Of a DNA stretch of 64,000 nucleotides, positions 53,952-64,000 are shown piece by piece (the first letter of the stretch is position 1; each line of letters opens with the position of its first letter). Location of the stretch: the NCBI RefSeq assembly GCF_013122565.1, contig NZ_CP053258.1; one strand, given 5' to 3'. Source of the DNA: Escherichia coli. Its GTDB lineage: Bacteria > Pseudomonadota > Gammaproteobacteria > Enterobacterales > Enterobacteriaceae. A program made the translations under genes and the position numbers. The notes below the pieces were generated by a model that saw only the letters and a list, made by a program, of their open reading frames with translations, ran no database searches and was not told where the DNA came from.

Positions 53952-56434
53952 AACTCAGTCGTCGTAGCTTTATGAAAGCTAACGCCGTTGCGGCCGCTGC
54001 GGCGGCTGCCGGTCTCAGCGTGCCGGGCGTTGCCCGTGCCGTTGTTGGTCAGCAGGAAGCCATTAAATGGGATAAAGCGCCGTGCCGTTTCTGCGGTACT
54101 GGTTGCGGCGTTCTGGTCGGAACGCAGCAGGGGCGTGTGGTGGCCTGTCAGGGCGACCCGGATGCACCGGTTAACCGTGGCCTGAACTGCATTAAGGGCT
54201 ATTTCCTGCCCAAAATCATGTACGGTAAAGACCGTTTGACGCAGCCGCTGCTGCGTATGAAAAACGGTAAATATGACAAAGAGGGCGAATTTACCCCAAT
54301 CACCTGGGATCAAGCCTTCGATGTGATGGAAGAGAAATTCAAAACCGCCCTGAAAGAAAAAGGGCCGGAATCGATCGGTATGTTCGGTTCTGGTCAGTGG
54401 ACTATCTGGGAAGGTTATGCCGCGTCCAAGCTGTTCAAAGCGGGCTTCCGTTCGAACAACATCGACCCGAACGCGCGTCACTGTATGGCGTCGGCAGTAG
54501 TTGGCTTTATGCGTACCTTTGGTATGGATGAGCCGATGGGCTGCTATGACGACATCGAGCAGGCTGACGCGTTTGTGCTGTGGGGCGCAAACATGGCGGA
54601 GATGCACCCGATCCTCTGGTCGCGCATCACTAACCGTCGTCTTTCTAACCAGAACGTCACCGTGGCGGTGCTTTCTACCTACCAGCATCGTAGCTTCGAA
54701 CTGGCGGATAACGGCATCATCTTTACGCCACAGTCTGACCTGGTGATCCTGAACTACATCGCTAACTATATCATTCAAAACAATGCGATAAATCAGGACT
54801 TCTTCAGCAAACACGTTAACCTGCGTAAAGGTGCGACGGACATCGGCTACGGTTTACGTCCGACCCATCCGCTGGAAAAAGCAGCGAAGAATCCGGGTTC
54901 TGACGCCTCCGAACCGATGAGCTTTGAAGATTACAAAGCCTTCGTTGCTGAGTATACGCTGGAAAAAACCGCTGAAATGACCGGCGTGCCGAAAGACCAG
55001 TTAGAACAACTGGCGCAGCTGTACGCCGATCCGAACAAGAAAGTCATCTCCTACTGGACGATGGGCTTCAACCAGCACACGCGCGGCGTGTGGGCCAACA
55101 ACCTGGTCTACAACCTGCACCTGCTGACCGGCAAAATTTCCCAGCCGGGTTGCGGTCCGTTCTCCCTGACCGGGCAGCCTTCCGCGTGTGGTACTGCGCG
55201 TGAAGTGGGCACTTTTGCTCACCGTCTGCCTGCGGATATGGTGGTTACCAACGAAAAACACCGTGATATTTGCGAGAAGAAGTGGAATATCCCGAGCGGC
55301 ACCATTCCGGCGAAAATCGGTCTGCACGCGGTGGCACAAGACCGTGCGCTGAAAGACGGCAAACTGAATGTTTACTGGACCATGTGTACCAATAACATGC
55401 AGGCCGGACCGAACATTAATGAAGAGCGTATGCCGGGCTGGCGCGATCCGCGCAACTTTATCATCGTTTCCGATCCGTATCCGACAGTCAGTGCGCTGGC
55501 CGCCGACTTGATCCTGCCGACCGCAATGTGGGTAGAAAAAGAGGGTGCTTACGGTAACGCCGAACGCCGTACTCAGTTCTGGCGTCAGCAGGTACAGGCA
55601 CCGGGCGAAGCGAAATCGGATCTCTGGCAGTTAGTCCAGTTCTCCCGCCGCTTCAAAACCGAAGAAGTATGGCCGGAAGAGCTGCTGGCTAAGAAACCGG
55701 AACTGCGTGGCAAAACGCTGTACGAAGTTCTGTATGCCACCCCCGAAGTGAGCAAATTCCCGGTATCCGAACTGGCGGAAGATCAGCTGAACGATGAATC
55801 CCGCGAGCTGGGCTTCTATCTGCAAAAAGGGCTATTCGAAGAGTACGCATGGTTTGGTCGCGGTCACGGTCACGATCTGGCACCGTTCGATGACTACCAC
55901 AAAGCGCGCGGTCTGCGCTGGCCGGTGGTGAACGGTAAAGAAACGCAGTGGCGTTACAGCGAAGGTAACGACCCGTACGTGAAAGCGGGTGAAGGCTACA
56001 AGTTCTACGGTAAACCGGATGGCAAAGCGGTGATTTTCGCGCTGCCGTTCGAACCGGCGGCGGAAGCACCGGATGAAGAGTACGATCTGTGGCTCTCTAC
56101 CGGACGCGTTCTGGAGCACTGGCACACCGGCAGTATGACTCGCCGTGTGCCGGAACTGCACCGCGCCTTCCCGGAAGCGGTCCTGTTTATTCACCCGCTG
56201 GATGCGAAAGCGCGCGATCTACGCCGTGGCGACAAAGTGAAAGTGGTTTCTCGCCGTGGTGAAGTGATCTCGATTGTCGAAACGCGCGGTCGTAACCGTC
56301 CGCCGCAGGGCCTGGTGTACATGCCGTTCTTCGACGCCGCACAGCTGGTTAACAAACTGACGCTGGATGCGACCGATCCGCTCTCGAAAGAGACGGATTT
56401 CAAGAAGTGCGCGGTCAAACTGGAGAAGGTGTAA
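53948..56434 (+). CDS. napA: Periplasmic nitrate reductase catalytic subunit
   Basis: 828 aa; twin-arginine signal (SRRSFMK); N-terminal Cys cluster. Confidence 0.97.
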   Translation: MKLSRRSFMKANAVAAAAAAAGLSVPGVARAVVGQQEAIKWDKAPCRFCGTGCGVLVGTQQGRVVACQGDPDAPVNRGLNCIKGYFLPKIMYGKDRLTQPLLRMKNGKYDKEGEFTPITWDQAFDVMEEKFKTALKEKGPESIGMFGSGQWTIWEGYAASKLFKAGFRSNNIDPNARHCMASAVVGFMRTFGMDEPMGCYDDIEQADAFVLWGANMAEMHPILWSRITNRRLSNQNVTVAVLSTYQHRSFELADNGIIFTPQSDLVILNYIANYIIQNNAINQDFFSKHVNLRKGATDIGYGLRPTHPLEKAAKNPGSDASEPMSFEDYKAFVAEYTLEKTAEMTGVPKDQLEQLAQLYADPNKKVISYWTMGFNQHTRGVWANNLVYNLHLLTGKISQPGCGPFSLTGQPSACGTAREVGTFAHRLPADMVVTNEKHRDICEKKWNIPSGTIPAKIGLHAVAQDRALKDGKLNVYWTMCTNNMQAGPNINEERMPGWRDPRNFIIVSDPYPTVSALAADLILPTAMWVEKEGAYGNAERRTQFWRQQVQAPGEAKSDLWQLVQFSRRFKTEEVWPEELLAKKPELRGKTLYEVLYATPEVSKFPVSELAEDQLNDESRELGFYLQKGLFEEYAWFGRGHGHDLAPFDDYHKARGLRWPVVNGKETQWRYSEGNDPYVKAGEGYKFYGKPDGKAVIFALPFEPAAEAPDEEYDLWLSTGRVLEHWHTGSMTRRVPELHRAFPEAVLFIHPLDAKARDLRRGDKVKVVSRRGEVISIVETRGRNRPPQGLVYMPFFDAAQLVNKLTLDATDPLSKETDFKKCAVKLEKV

Positions 56435-56440
56435 GCCATT

Positions 56441-57136
56441 ATGTCCCGGTCAGCGAAACCTCAAAATGGTCGCCGCCGCTTTCTGCGCGATGTTGTTCGC
56501 ACAGCAGGCGGGCTGGCTGCCGTGGGTGTGGCGCTGGGGTTACAACAGCAAACCGCACGCGCATCTGGCGTGCGGTTGCGCCCGCCCGGAGCCATAAACG
56601 AGAACGCCTTTGCCAGTGCCTGTGTGCGTTGCGGTCAGTGTGTTCAGGCTTGCCCTTACGACACCTTAAAACTGGCGACGCTGGCTTCTGGCCTGTCGGC
56701 GGGCACGCCATATTTTGTCGCACGGGATATTCCTTGCGAAATGTGTGAGGACATTCCGTGCGCCAAAGTGTGCCCGAGCGGTGCGCTGGATCGTGAGATT
56801 GAATCGATCGACGACGCGCGGATGGGGCTGGCGGTACTGGTGGACCAGGAAAACTGTCTCAACTTTCAGGGGCTGCGCTGCGATGTTTGTTATCGCGAAT
56901 GCCCGAAAATTGATGAGGCCATCACCCTGGAGCTGGAGCGCAACACGCGTACCGGTAAGCACGCCCGCTTTCTGCCGACGGTTCACAGCGACGCCTGTAC
57001 TGGTTGCGGTAAGTGCGAAAAAGTGTGCGTGCTGGAACAACCGGCAATCAAGGTGTTACCGCTGTCACTGGCGAAAGGGGAGTTAGGTCACCATTACCGC
57101 TTCGGCTGGCTGGAGGGGAACAATGGCAAATCGTAA
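56441..57136 (+). CDS. napG: Ferredoxin-type protein NapG
   Basis: 231 aa; RRRF Tat-like motif; four CxxCxxC clusters. Confidence 0.92.
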
Positions 57137-57986
57137 ACGTGACGCCGGGCGCGAGGCGCTGGAGAAAAAAGGCTGGTGGCGCAGTCACCGTTGGCTGGTG
57201 TTACGTCGCCTTTGTCAGTTCTTCGTGCTGGGGATGTTTTTGAGCGGTCCGTGGTTTGGTGTGTGGATCTTGCACGGCAACTACAGCAGTAGCCTGTTAT
57301 TCGACACCGTTCCGCTGACCGATCCGCTGATGACGCTGCAAAGTCTTGCCAGTGGTCATCTGCCTGCCACGGTGGCGTTGACCGGTGCGGTGATTATCAC
57401 CGTGCTCTACGCCCTGGCAGGAAAGCGATTATTTTGCAGCTGGGTCTGCCCGCTGAACCCGATTACCGACTTAGCGAACTGGTTACGCAGGCGCTTTGAC
57501 CTCAATCAGTCTGCGACGATCCCTCGCCACATTCGCTACGTGCTGTTGGTGGTCATTCTGGTGGGATCAGCCTTAACTGGCACGCTCATCTGGGAATGGA
57601 TCAACCCCGTTTCCCTGATGGGGCGTAGCCTGGTAATGGGCTTCGGCAGCGGCGCGCTGCTTATTCTCGCGCTGTTTTTATTTGATCTACTGGTCGTTGA
57701 ACACGGCTGGTGCGGGCACATTTGTCCGGTTGGCGCGCTGTATGGCGTGCTGGGTAGCAAAGGTGTGATTACCGTTGCGGCCACCGATCGGCAGAAATGT
57801 AACCGCTGTATGGATTGTTTTCATGTTTGCCCGGAACCGCATGTGCTACGTGCCCCGGTGCTGGATGAACAAAGCCCGGTGCAGGTCACCAGCCGCGATT
57901 GCATGACGTGCGGTCGCTGCGTGGATGTCTGTTCTGAGGATGTATTTACAATAACTACACGATGGAGTTCGGGAGCGAAATCATGA
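57123..57986 (+). CDS. napH: Membrane ferredoxin-type protein NapH
   Basis: 287 aa; TM segments plus C-terminal Cys clusters. Confidence 0.92.
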
Positions 57987-58432
57987 AAAGCCATGACCTG
58001 AAGAAAGCGCTGTGTCAATGGACGGCGATGCTGGCCCTGGTGGTAAGCGGCGCGGTTTGGGCGGCTAATGGCGTCGATTTTAGCCAGTCGCCGGAAGTAT
58101 CCGGGACGCAGGAAGGGGCCATTCGGATGCCAAAAGAGCAGGAACGGATGCCGCTGAACTATGTGAATCAGCCGCCAATGATCCCGCATAGCGTTGAAGG
58201 TTATCAGGTAACGACCAATACCAACCGCTGCTTACAGTGCCACGGTGTCGAAAGTTATCGCACCACTGGTGCGCCGCGTATCAGTCCTACTCACTTTATG
58301 GACAGCGACGGCAAAGTGGGCGCAGAAGTGGCTCCGCGTCGTTATTTCTGTCTGCAATGTCACGTACCGCAGGCCGATACCGCGCCAATCGTGGGGAATA
58401 CCTTTACCCCATCAAAAGGTTACGGGAAATAA
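57983..58432 (+). CDS. napB: Dihaem cytochrome c NapB
   Basis: 149 aa from ATG 57983 (GGGAG SD); two CxxCH motifs. Confidence 0.92.
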   Translation: MKSHDLKKALCQWTAMLALVVSGAVWAANGVDFSQSPEVSGTQEGAIRMPKEQERMPLNYVNQPPMIPHSVEGYQVTTNTNRCLQCHGVESYRTTGAPRISPTHFMDSDGKVGAEVAPRRYFCLQCHVPQADTAPIVGNTFTPSKGYGK

Positions 58433-58441
58433 GAGGTTATT

Positions 58442-59044
58442 ATGGGAAATTCTGACCGTAAGCCTGGTCTGATTAAGCGCCTGTGGAAATGGTGGCGTAC
58501 CCCCAGCCGTCTGGCGCTGGGGACGCTGCTGTTGATCGGCTTTGTTGGCGGCATCGTCTTCTGGGGCGGCTTTAACACCGGGATGGAAAAAGCCAATACC
58601 GAAGAGTTCTGCATTAGCTGCCACGAAATGCGTAACACGGTGTATCAGGAATACATGGATTCCGTGCACTACAACAACCGTAGCGGCGTTCGTGCGACCT
58701 GTCCGGATTGTCACGTTCCGCACGAGTTTGTGCCGAAAATGATACGCAAGCTCAAAGCAAGTAAAGAGCTGTATGGTAAAATTTTTGGCGTTATTGACAC
58801 GCCGCAGAAATTCGAAGCTCATCGCCTGACTATGGCACAGAATGAGTGGCGGCGAATGAAGGACAACAACTCGCAGGAGTGCCGTAACTGTCACAACTTC
58901 GAGTTTATGGATTTAACCGCCCAGAAAGGTGTTGCCGCGAAGATGCATGACCAGGCGGTGAAAGATGGGCAAACCTGTATTGATTGCCATAAAGGGATAG
59001 CGCACAAGCTGCCCGATATGCGTGAAGTCGAGCCAGGTTTTTAA
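58442..59044 (+). CDS. napC: Membrane tetrahaem cytochrome c NapC (NapC/NirT family)
   Basis: 200 aa; four CxxCH motifs. Confidence 0.95.
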   Translation: MGNSDRKPGLIKRLWKWWRTPSRLALGTLLLIGFVGGIVFWGGFNTGMEKANTEEFCISCHEMRNTVYQEYMDSVHYNNRSGVRATCPDCHVPHEFVPKMIRKLKASKELYGKIFGVIDTPQKFEAHRLTMAQNEWRRMKDNNSQECRNCHNFEFMDLTAQKGVAAKMHDQAVKDGQTCIDCHKGIAHKLPDMREVEPGF

Positions 59045-59056
59045 CAGGGTTATTGC

Positions 59057-59680
59057 GTGGGTATGCTTGAAGCCAGAGAGTTACTTTGTGAGCGGGATGA
59101 ACGAACCTTATTTAGTGGCTTGTCATTTACGCTGAACGCAGGAGAGTGGGTACAAATCACCGGTAGCAACGGCGCGGGGAAGACAACGCTTCTCCGTTTG
59201 CTGACGGGGTTGTCTCGCCCTGACGCAGGCGAGGTTCTCTGGCAAGGGCAGCCCTTGCATCAGGTACGCGACAGCTACCATCAAAACCTGTTATGGATAG
59301 GCCATCAGCCGGGGATCAAAACCCGGCTGACGGCGTTAGAAAATCTGCACTTTTATCATCGCGATGGCGATACCGCACAATGTCTGGACGCCCTGGCGCA
59401 GGCCGGGCTTGCCGGATTCGAAGATATTCCTGTAAATCAACTTTCTGCCGGACAACAACGCCGCGTCGCTTTAGCGCGTTTGTGGCTGACCCGTGCCACG
59501 TTATGGATCCTCGACGAGCCTTTTACCGCGATTGACGTTAACGGCGTCGATCGTCTGACCCAGCGTATGGCGCAGCATACGGAGCAGGGGGGAATTGTGA
59601 TTCTGACTACCCACCAGCCGCTCAACGTTGCTGAAAATAAAATTCGCCGCATTTCACTGACGCAAACGAGGGCCGCATGA
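59057..59680 (+). CDS. ccmA: Cytochrome c maturation ABC ATPase
   Basis: 207 aa; Walker [10 protein letters not shown]; GTG start. Confidence 0.92.
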   Translation: MGMLEARELLCERDERTLFSGLSFTLNAGEWVQITGSNGAGKTTLLRLLTGLSRPDAGEVLWQGQPLHQVRDSYHQNLLWIGHQPGIKTRLTALENLHFYHRDGDTAQCLDALAQAGLAGFEDIPVNQLSAGQQRRVALARLWLTRATLWILDEPFTAIDVNGVDRLTQRMAQHTEQGGIVILTTHQPLNVAENKIRRISLTQTRAA

Positions 59681-60339
59681 TGTTCTGGCGCATTTTCCGT
59701 CTTGAGCTGCGCGTAGCGTTTCGCCATAGCGCCGAAATCGCCAACCCGCTGTGGTTCTTCCTGATTGTAATTACCCTTTTTCCGCTCAGTATCGGTCCGG
59801 AGCCGCAATTGCTGTCGCGTATTGCACCGGGCATTATCTGGGTTGCTGCGCTGCTTTCATCCTTGCTGGCGCTGGAACGACTGTTCCGTGACGATTTGCA
59901 GGACGGCAGTCTTGAACAATTGATGTTGTTGCCGTTACCCTTGCCCGCCGTTGTGCTGGCGAAGGTGATGGCGCACTGGATGGTAACCGGTCTGCCGTTA
60001 CTCATCCTTTCGCCACTGGTAGCAATGCTACTGGGAATGGATGTTTATGGCTGGCAAGTGATGGCGCTGACGCTGCTGCTGGGAACGCCTACGCTTGGCT
60101 TTCTCGGTGCACCGGGTGTGGCGTTGACAGTGGGACTTAAGCGCGGTGGTGTGCTGCTCAGCATACTGGTGTTACCGCTGACTATCCCATTACTCATCTT
60201 TGCCACCGCCGCGATGGACGCGGCTTCCATGCATTTGCCCGTTGACGGGTATCTGGCAATTTTAGGCGCGTTGCTGGCAGGCACCGCGACATTAAGTCCT
60301 TTTGCGACGGCGGCAGCGTTACGAATCAGCATTCAATAA
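59677..60339 (+). CDS. ccmB: Haem exporter permease CcmB
   Basis: 220 aa polytopic; start overlaps ccmA stop. Confidence 0.92.
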   Translation: MMFWRIFRLELRVAFRHSAEIANPLWFFLIVITLFPLSIGPEPQLLSRIAPGIIWVAALLSSLLALERLFRDDLQDGSLEQLMLLPLPLPAVVLAKVMAHWMVTGLPLLILSPLVAMLLGMDVYGWQVMALTLLLGTPTLGFLGAPGVALTVGLKRGGVLLSILVLPLTIPLLIFATAAMDAASMHLPVDGYLAILGALLAGTATLSPFATAAALRISIQ

Positions 60340-60380
60340 CGCTGGATTACTGATTTTTGTTCGAGTCTGGTATCGAAACT

Positions 60381-61118
60381 ATGTGGAAAACACTGCATCA
60401 ACTGGCGATCCCACCACGACTGTATCAAATCTGTGGCTGGTTTATACCGTGGCTGGCAATTGCCAGTGTGGTCGTGCTTACCGTCGGCTGGATCTGGGGA
60501 TTCGGCTTTGCTCCGGCTGATTATCAGCAGGGAAATAGCTACCGCATTATCTACCTGCATGTGCCTGCGGCGATCTGGTCGATGGGCATTTATGCATCAA
60601 TGGCGGTGGCGGCGTTTATTGGCCTTGTCTGGCAGATGAAAATGGCCAACCTGGCGGTGGCGGCGATGGCCCCCATTGGTGCCGTGTTTACTTTTATTGC
60701 CCTGGTTACCGGCTCTGCATGGGGAAAACCGATGTGGGGCACCTGGTGGGTATGGGATGCACGTCTGACTTCTGAACTGGTGCTGCTGTTTCTGTATGTT
60801 GGTGTAATTGCCCTGTGGCACGCCTTCGACGACCGCCGTCTGGCGGGCCGTGCGGCAGGTATCCTGGTGCTGATTGGCGTGGTGAATCTGCCGATTATTC
60901 ATTACTCCGTGGAGTGGTGGAACACCCTGCATCAGGGATCAACGCGGATGCAGCAAAGTATCGATCCGGCGATGCGTTCGCCGCTGCGCTGGTCGATTTT
61001 TGGCTTCCTGCTGCTGTCTGCCACGCTGACGCTGATGCGGATGCGTAATTTGATTTTGCTGATGGAAAAACGCCGTCCGTGGGTGAGTGAACTGATACTG
61101 AAAAGAGGCCGTAAATGA
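60381..61118 (+). CDS. ccmC: Haem exporter protein CcmC
   Basis: 245 aa from ATG 60381 (MWKTLHQLA); ORF track starts earlier at TTG 60357. Confidence 0.9.
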   Translation: MWKTLHQLAIPPRLYQICGWFIPWLAIASVVVLTVGWIWGFGFAPADYQQGNSYRIIYLHVPAAIWSMGIYASMAVAAFIGLVWQMKMANLAVAAMAPIGAVFTFIALVTGSAWGKPMWGTWWVWDARLTSELVLLFLYVGVIALWHAFDDRRLAGRAAGILVLIGVVNLPIIHYSVEWWNTLHQGSTRMQQSIDPAMRSPLRWSIFGFLLLSATLTLMRMRNLILLMEKRRPWVSELILKRGRK

Positions 61119-61324
61119 CCCCTGCATTTGCTTCCTGGAATGAATTTTTCGCAATGGGCGGTTACGCCTTTTTTGTCTGGCTGGCGGTGGTGATGACCGT
61201 TATTCCGCTGGTGGTTTTGGTCGTGCACTCGGTGATGCAACATCGCGCAATTCTGCGTGGCGTGGCGCAACAGTGGGCGCGTGAGGCGCGTTTACGTGCT
61301 GCGCAACAGCAGGAGGCTGCATGA
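61115..61324 (+). CDS. ccmD: Haem exporter small membrane protein CcmD
   Basis: 69 aa, single TM; 4-nt overlaps on both sides. Confidence 0.88.
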
Positions 61325-61800
61325 ATATTCGCCGTAAAAACCGCTTGTGGATTGCCTGTGCTGTGTTGGCAGGGCTGGCGCTGACTATCGGTCTGGTGCT
61401 GTATGCGCTGCGCTCGAATATCGATCTCTTTTATACGCCGGGGGAGATTCTCTACGGCAAGCGTGAAACTCAGCAGATGCCGGAAGTCGGTCAGCGTCTG
61501 CGCGTTGGCGGGATGGTGATGCCGGGTAGCGTGCAGCGCGATCCCAATTCGCTGAAAGTAACGTTCACCATTTACGATGCTGAAGGCTCAGTGGATGTCT
61601 CTTACGAAGGCATTTTGCCGGATCTGTTCCGTGAAGGGCAGGGCGTTGTGGTGCAGGGCGAGCTGGAAAAAGGCAATCATATCCTCGCGAAAGAAGTGCT
61701 GGCGAAACATGATGAAAACTACACGCCGCCAGAAGTTGAGAAAGCGATGGAAGCTAACCACCGTCGCCCGGCGAGTGTTTATAAGGACCCAGCATCATGA
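61321..61800 (+). CDS. ccmE: Haem chaperone CcmE
   Basis: 159 aa, N-terminal TM anchor. Confidence 0.92.
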
Positions 61801-63740
61801 TGCCGGAAATTGGTAACGGACTGCTGTGCCTGGCGCTGGGAATTGCGCTGCTGCTGTCCGTGTATCCGCTATGGGGCGTGGCGCGCGGAGATGCGCGCAT
61901 GATGGCGTCTTCCCGCTTGTTTGCCTGGCTGCTGTTTATGTCTGTAGCTGGCGCATTTCTGGTGCTGGTCAATGCTTTCGTGGTCAACGACTTTACCGTC
62001 ACCTATGTTGCCAGCAACTCCAATACCCAGCTTCCGGTGTGGTATCGCGTGGCGGCTACCTGGGGCGCGCATGAAGGCTCGCTACTGCTGTGGGTGCTGC
62101 TGATGAGCGGCTGGACCTTTGCGGTGGCGATTTTTAGTCAGCGTATTCCGCTGGATATTGTGGCCCGTGTACTGGCGATAATGGGGATGGTCAGCGTCGG
62201 CTTTTTGCTGTTCATTCTCTTTACCTCTAACCCGTTTTCACGCACGTTGCCGAACTTCCCGATTGAAGGGCGCGATCTTAACCCGCTGTTACAGGATCCG
62301 GGGCTGATCTTCCATCCGCCTCTGCTCTATATGGGGTACGTGGGTTTCTCGGTGGCGTTTGCTTTTGCCATTGCTTCTTTGCTGAGCGGGCGTCTGGACA
62401 GCACTTATGCGCGTTTTACTCGTCCGTGGACGCTGGCGGCGTGGATTTTCCTGACGCTCGGCATTGTGCTCGGTTCCGCATGGGCCTATTACGAACTCGG
62501 CTGGGGTGGCTGGTGGTTCTGGGATCCGGTAGAAAACGCCTCGTTTATGCCGTGGTTGGTGGGTACTGCGCTGATGCACTCACTGGCGGTCACTGAACAA
62601 CGCGCCAGCTTCAAAGCGTGGACATTACTGCTGGCAATCAGTGCCTTTTCGCTGTGTCTGTTGGGGACTTTCCTGGTGCGTTCCGGCGTGCTGGTATCGG
62701 TACACGCGTTTGCGTCTGATCCGGCGCGCGGTATGTTTATCCTCGCCTTTATGGTGCTGGTGATTGGCGGTTCGCTGCTGCTGTTTGCCGCGCGTGGACA
62801 CAAAGTTCGCTCACGCGTAAACAATGCGCTGTGGTCGCGGGAATCTTTGCTGTTAGCGAACAACGTTTTGCTGGTCGCCGCAATGCTGGTGGTGTTGCTG
62901 GGGACGCTGCTGCCGCTGGTGCACAAGCAACTGGGACTGGGCAGTATTTCGATTGGCGAACCGTTCTTCAACACCATGTTTACCTGGCTGATGGTGCCGT
63001 TTGCTCTACTGCTGGGTGTCGGTCCTCTGGTGCGCTGGGGGCGCGATCGCCCACGTAAAATCCGCAATTTATTGATTATCGCCTTCATCTCAACGCTGGT
63101 GCTGTCGCTGCTGCTGCCGTGGCTGTTCGAAAGCAAAGTTGTGGCGATGACGGTGCTCGGCCTGGCAATGGCCTGCTGGATTGCGGTGCTGGCAATTGCG
63201 GAAGCTGCGCTGCGTATTTCACGTGGCACGAAAACCACCTTCAGTTATTGGGGAATGGTGGCGGCTCACCTGGGGCTGGCAGTGACAATTGTTGGTATTG
63301 CCTTTAGCCAGAACTATAGCGTTGAGCGTGATGTGCGCATGAAGTCCGGCGATAGTGTCGATATTCATGAATATCGCTTCACCTTCCGTGATGTCAAAGA
63401 GGTGACTGGCCCGAACTGGCGTGGCGGTGTGGCGACTATCGGCGTAACGCGAGAGGGTAAACCAGAAACGGTGCTGTATGCGGAAAAACGTTATTACAAC
63501 ACTGCCGGGTCGATGATGACCGAAGCGGCGATTGACGGCGGCATCACGCGTGACCTGTACGCGGCCCTCGGTGAAGAGCTGGAAAACGGCGCGTGGGCCG
63601 TGCGTCTTTACTACAAACCGTTTGTTCGCTGGATTTGGGCGGGCGGGCTGATGATGGCGTTGGGCGGACTGCTGTGTCTGTTTGATCCTCGCTATCGTAA
63701 GCGCGTGAGCCCGCAAAAAACTGCGCCGGAGGCTGTATGA
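61797..63740 (+). CDS. ccmF: Cytochrome c haem lyase subunit CcmF
   Basis: 647 aa polytopic membrane protein. Confidence 0.93.
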
Positions 63741-64000
63741 AGCGCAAAGTATTGTTAATTCCGTTGATTATCTTCCTGGCGATTGCCGCGGCGCTGCTGT
63801 GGCAGCTGGCGCGTAATGCCGAAGGGGATGATCCGACCAATCTGGAATCGGCGCTCATTGGCAAGCCTGTGCCGAAGTTTCGTCTCGAATCACTGGACAA
63901 TCCAGGGCAGTTTTATCAGGCGGATGTGCTGACTCAGGGCAAACCAGTGCTGCTTAACGTCTGGGCGACCTGGTGTCCGACCTGCCGTGCGGAACATCAA
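63737..64000 (+). CDS. ccmG: Thiol:disulfide interchange protein CcmG/DsbE (5' part; continues beyond window)
   Basis: ATG 63737 overlaps ccmF stop; N-terminal TM then thioredoxin motif WCPTC; truncated by window end. Confidence 0.88.
   Translation, partial: MKRKVLLIPLIIFLAIAAALLWQLARNAEGDDPTNLESALIGKPVPKFRLESLDNPGQFYQADVLTQGKPVLLNVWATWCPTCRAEHQ

Overview
This window reads as ordinary Escherichia coli-type core chromosome (about 55 genes), and I do not see a convincing wholly novel system in it. The gene order matches, in reverse orientation, the K-12 interval from ccmG to rhmR as I recall that map. Left to right: rhmR-rhmD-rhmT-rhmA (L-rhamnonate catabolism), ypaA and rpnB (Rpn nuclease family), the divergent glpACB and glpTQ operons, a LysR regulator plus MFS transporter pair, inaA, yfaE-nrdB-nrdA, the yfaL autotransporter, ubiG, gyrA, the five-gene yfaA-yfaT-yfaS-yfaQ-yfaP cluster, rcsC, rcsB-rcsD, micF sRNA, ompC, apbE, ada-alkB, yojI, mqo, eco, napFDAGHBC and ccmABCDEF plus the 5' end of ccmG. 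I found no rRNA, tRNA, CRISPR array, IS element, integrase or prophage remnant; the only repeats are REP/BIME-type palindromic units. Three things differ from K-12 as I remember it: the atoSCDAEB operon is absent between yfaP and rcsC, yfaS is intact, and the LysR-MFS module next to glpQ is intact. The best candidates for under-explored biology are (1) rpnB with an in-frame internal small ORF and its duplicated, repeat-expanded copy ypaA, (2) the intact, fully exported yfaATSQP alpha-2-macroglobulin cluster, and (3) the LysR-MFS module. All calls rest on reading the supplied ORF translations and the nucleotide sequence and on recalled family knowledge; no database search or computation was run.
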